A stretch of 64,000 nucleotides of DNA from Octopus vulgaris (Eukaryota), in the NCBI GenBank assembly GCA_951406725.2, contig OX597816.1:89900001-89964000 (forward strand). The letters are read 5' to 3'. The position numbers and the translations under genes are program-made. This document shows, piece after piece, positions 62,801 through 64,000 of this stretch (its first letter is position 1; every line of letters begins with the position of its first letter). The notes below the pieces were generated by a model. It was not told where the DNA came from and searched no databases. It saw only the letters and a program-made list of their open reading frames with translations.

Positions 62801-63542
62801 GTTCTGTTCCTTATTTATGGCTGTTGTTGATATATGAATTGTTATCGTTAGTTTTAAACTCTAAAGCTTAGTAATAATATCCTTGTGAGAATGTAATTTT
62901 CTGTTCCTTCGCACAGAGTGAAACAAAAAGCAACTGGGAGGATGCCTTGCCTTGTGTGTGTGGATTCGTGTTTGTGCATTAATTATGTAATGCATAGATT
63001 ATTTTATATTTATGTGCCTATGTGCACAATTTTAGAAATGAACCAGGCTTTTCTTTAGCCTGTTCGGTTTATCTATCGTACTAGACACACACAAGCGCAT
63101 GCACGCATACACACACACACACATATTCTTTTATTCTTTTACTTGTTCCCGTCATTAGACTGCGGTCATGCTGGGGCACCACCTTGAAGAAATTTAGTGA
63201 AATGAATCCCCCCCCCAATACTCTTTTTAAGCCTAGTATTTATTCGATCGGTGCCTTTTGCTGAACTGCTAAGTTGTGGGGGACGTAAAGAAACCAATAC
63301 CAGTAGTCATGCGGTAGTGGGGGGGGCAAACACACACGCACGCACATATACATATATGTGTGTGTGTGTGTGTGTACGATGGGCTTTGTTCGACCCGAGG
63401 CTATGGCAGTACACTGTTGCCCAAGGTGCCACGCAGTGGGACTGAACCCGAAGCTATGCGGTTGTGATGCAAGTTTCTTACCACACAGCCACGCCTACGC
63501 CTGATATATATATATACATACATATATATATGTATGTACGTA

Positions 63543-64000
63543 TCATCATCATCATCGTTTAACGTCCGTTTTCCATGCTAGCATGGGTTGGACGGTTCGA
63601 CCGGGTTTGGGAATCCAGGAGGCTGCACCAGGCTCCAGTCTGATCTGGCAGTGTTTCTACAGCTGGATGCCCTTCCGAACGCCAACCACTCCGTGAGTGT
63701 AGTGGGTGCTTTTTACGTGCCACCGGCACAGGTATCCAACTACAATTTCCATTTGATTTTTATTTGATGTTGAGGTCTCCTCAAGCACAGCAGGTCACCG
63801 TACGATCAAGGTAAGCACACCAGGCCCGTCTGCGATCCAATGTACTTTAGATGGGCTGGGGCTGCTATGTGAAGCTGGTGCAGGAAACAGCCATGAACCT
63901 CACGTTATTTGTCGGGTCTTCGCAGTCACAGCATATCTCCAGAGATCTCAGTTTTTTTGTCATTGCCTCGGTGAGGCCCAACGTTCGAAGGTCATGCTTG
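63543..64000 (-). mobile_element. Retroposon 3' end with (GAT)n tail (RTE-related LINE or SINE)
   Basis: catcatcatcgtttaacgtccgttttccatgctagcatggg tail; GC-richer body runs off the window. Confidence 0.5.

Overview
Eukaryotic, AT-rich, microsatellite-dense genomic DNA; the repeat content resembles an octopus (cephalopod) genome (inference). The window holds a tandem minus-strand cluster of three 5-exon cytosolic sulfotransferase (SULT)-fold genes. Gene C (62800-46042, 298 aa) and gene B (30481-13529, 300 aa, with two alternative copies of exon 4) are complete; gene A (from 8191) has exons 1-3 in the window. All three keep open frames, intact splice sites and the catalytic His, but all lack the PSB-loop Lys, and the two complete genes also replace the C-terminal RKG motif with HSG. 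This suggests a pseudo-enzyme or neofunctionalised family. Introns and intergenic DNA are filled with tRNA-derived SINEs, LINE, piggyBac and mariner relics, and many Penelope-like element (PLE) remnants. The PLE remnants carry more than a dozen type I hammerhead ribozyme motifs, often as head-to-head palindromes, densest in intron 1 of gene C. All coordinates and foldings were read by eye. Most ORFs in the supplied track are microsatellite artefacts.
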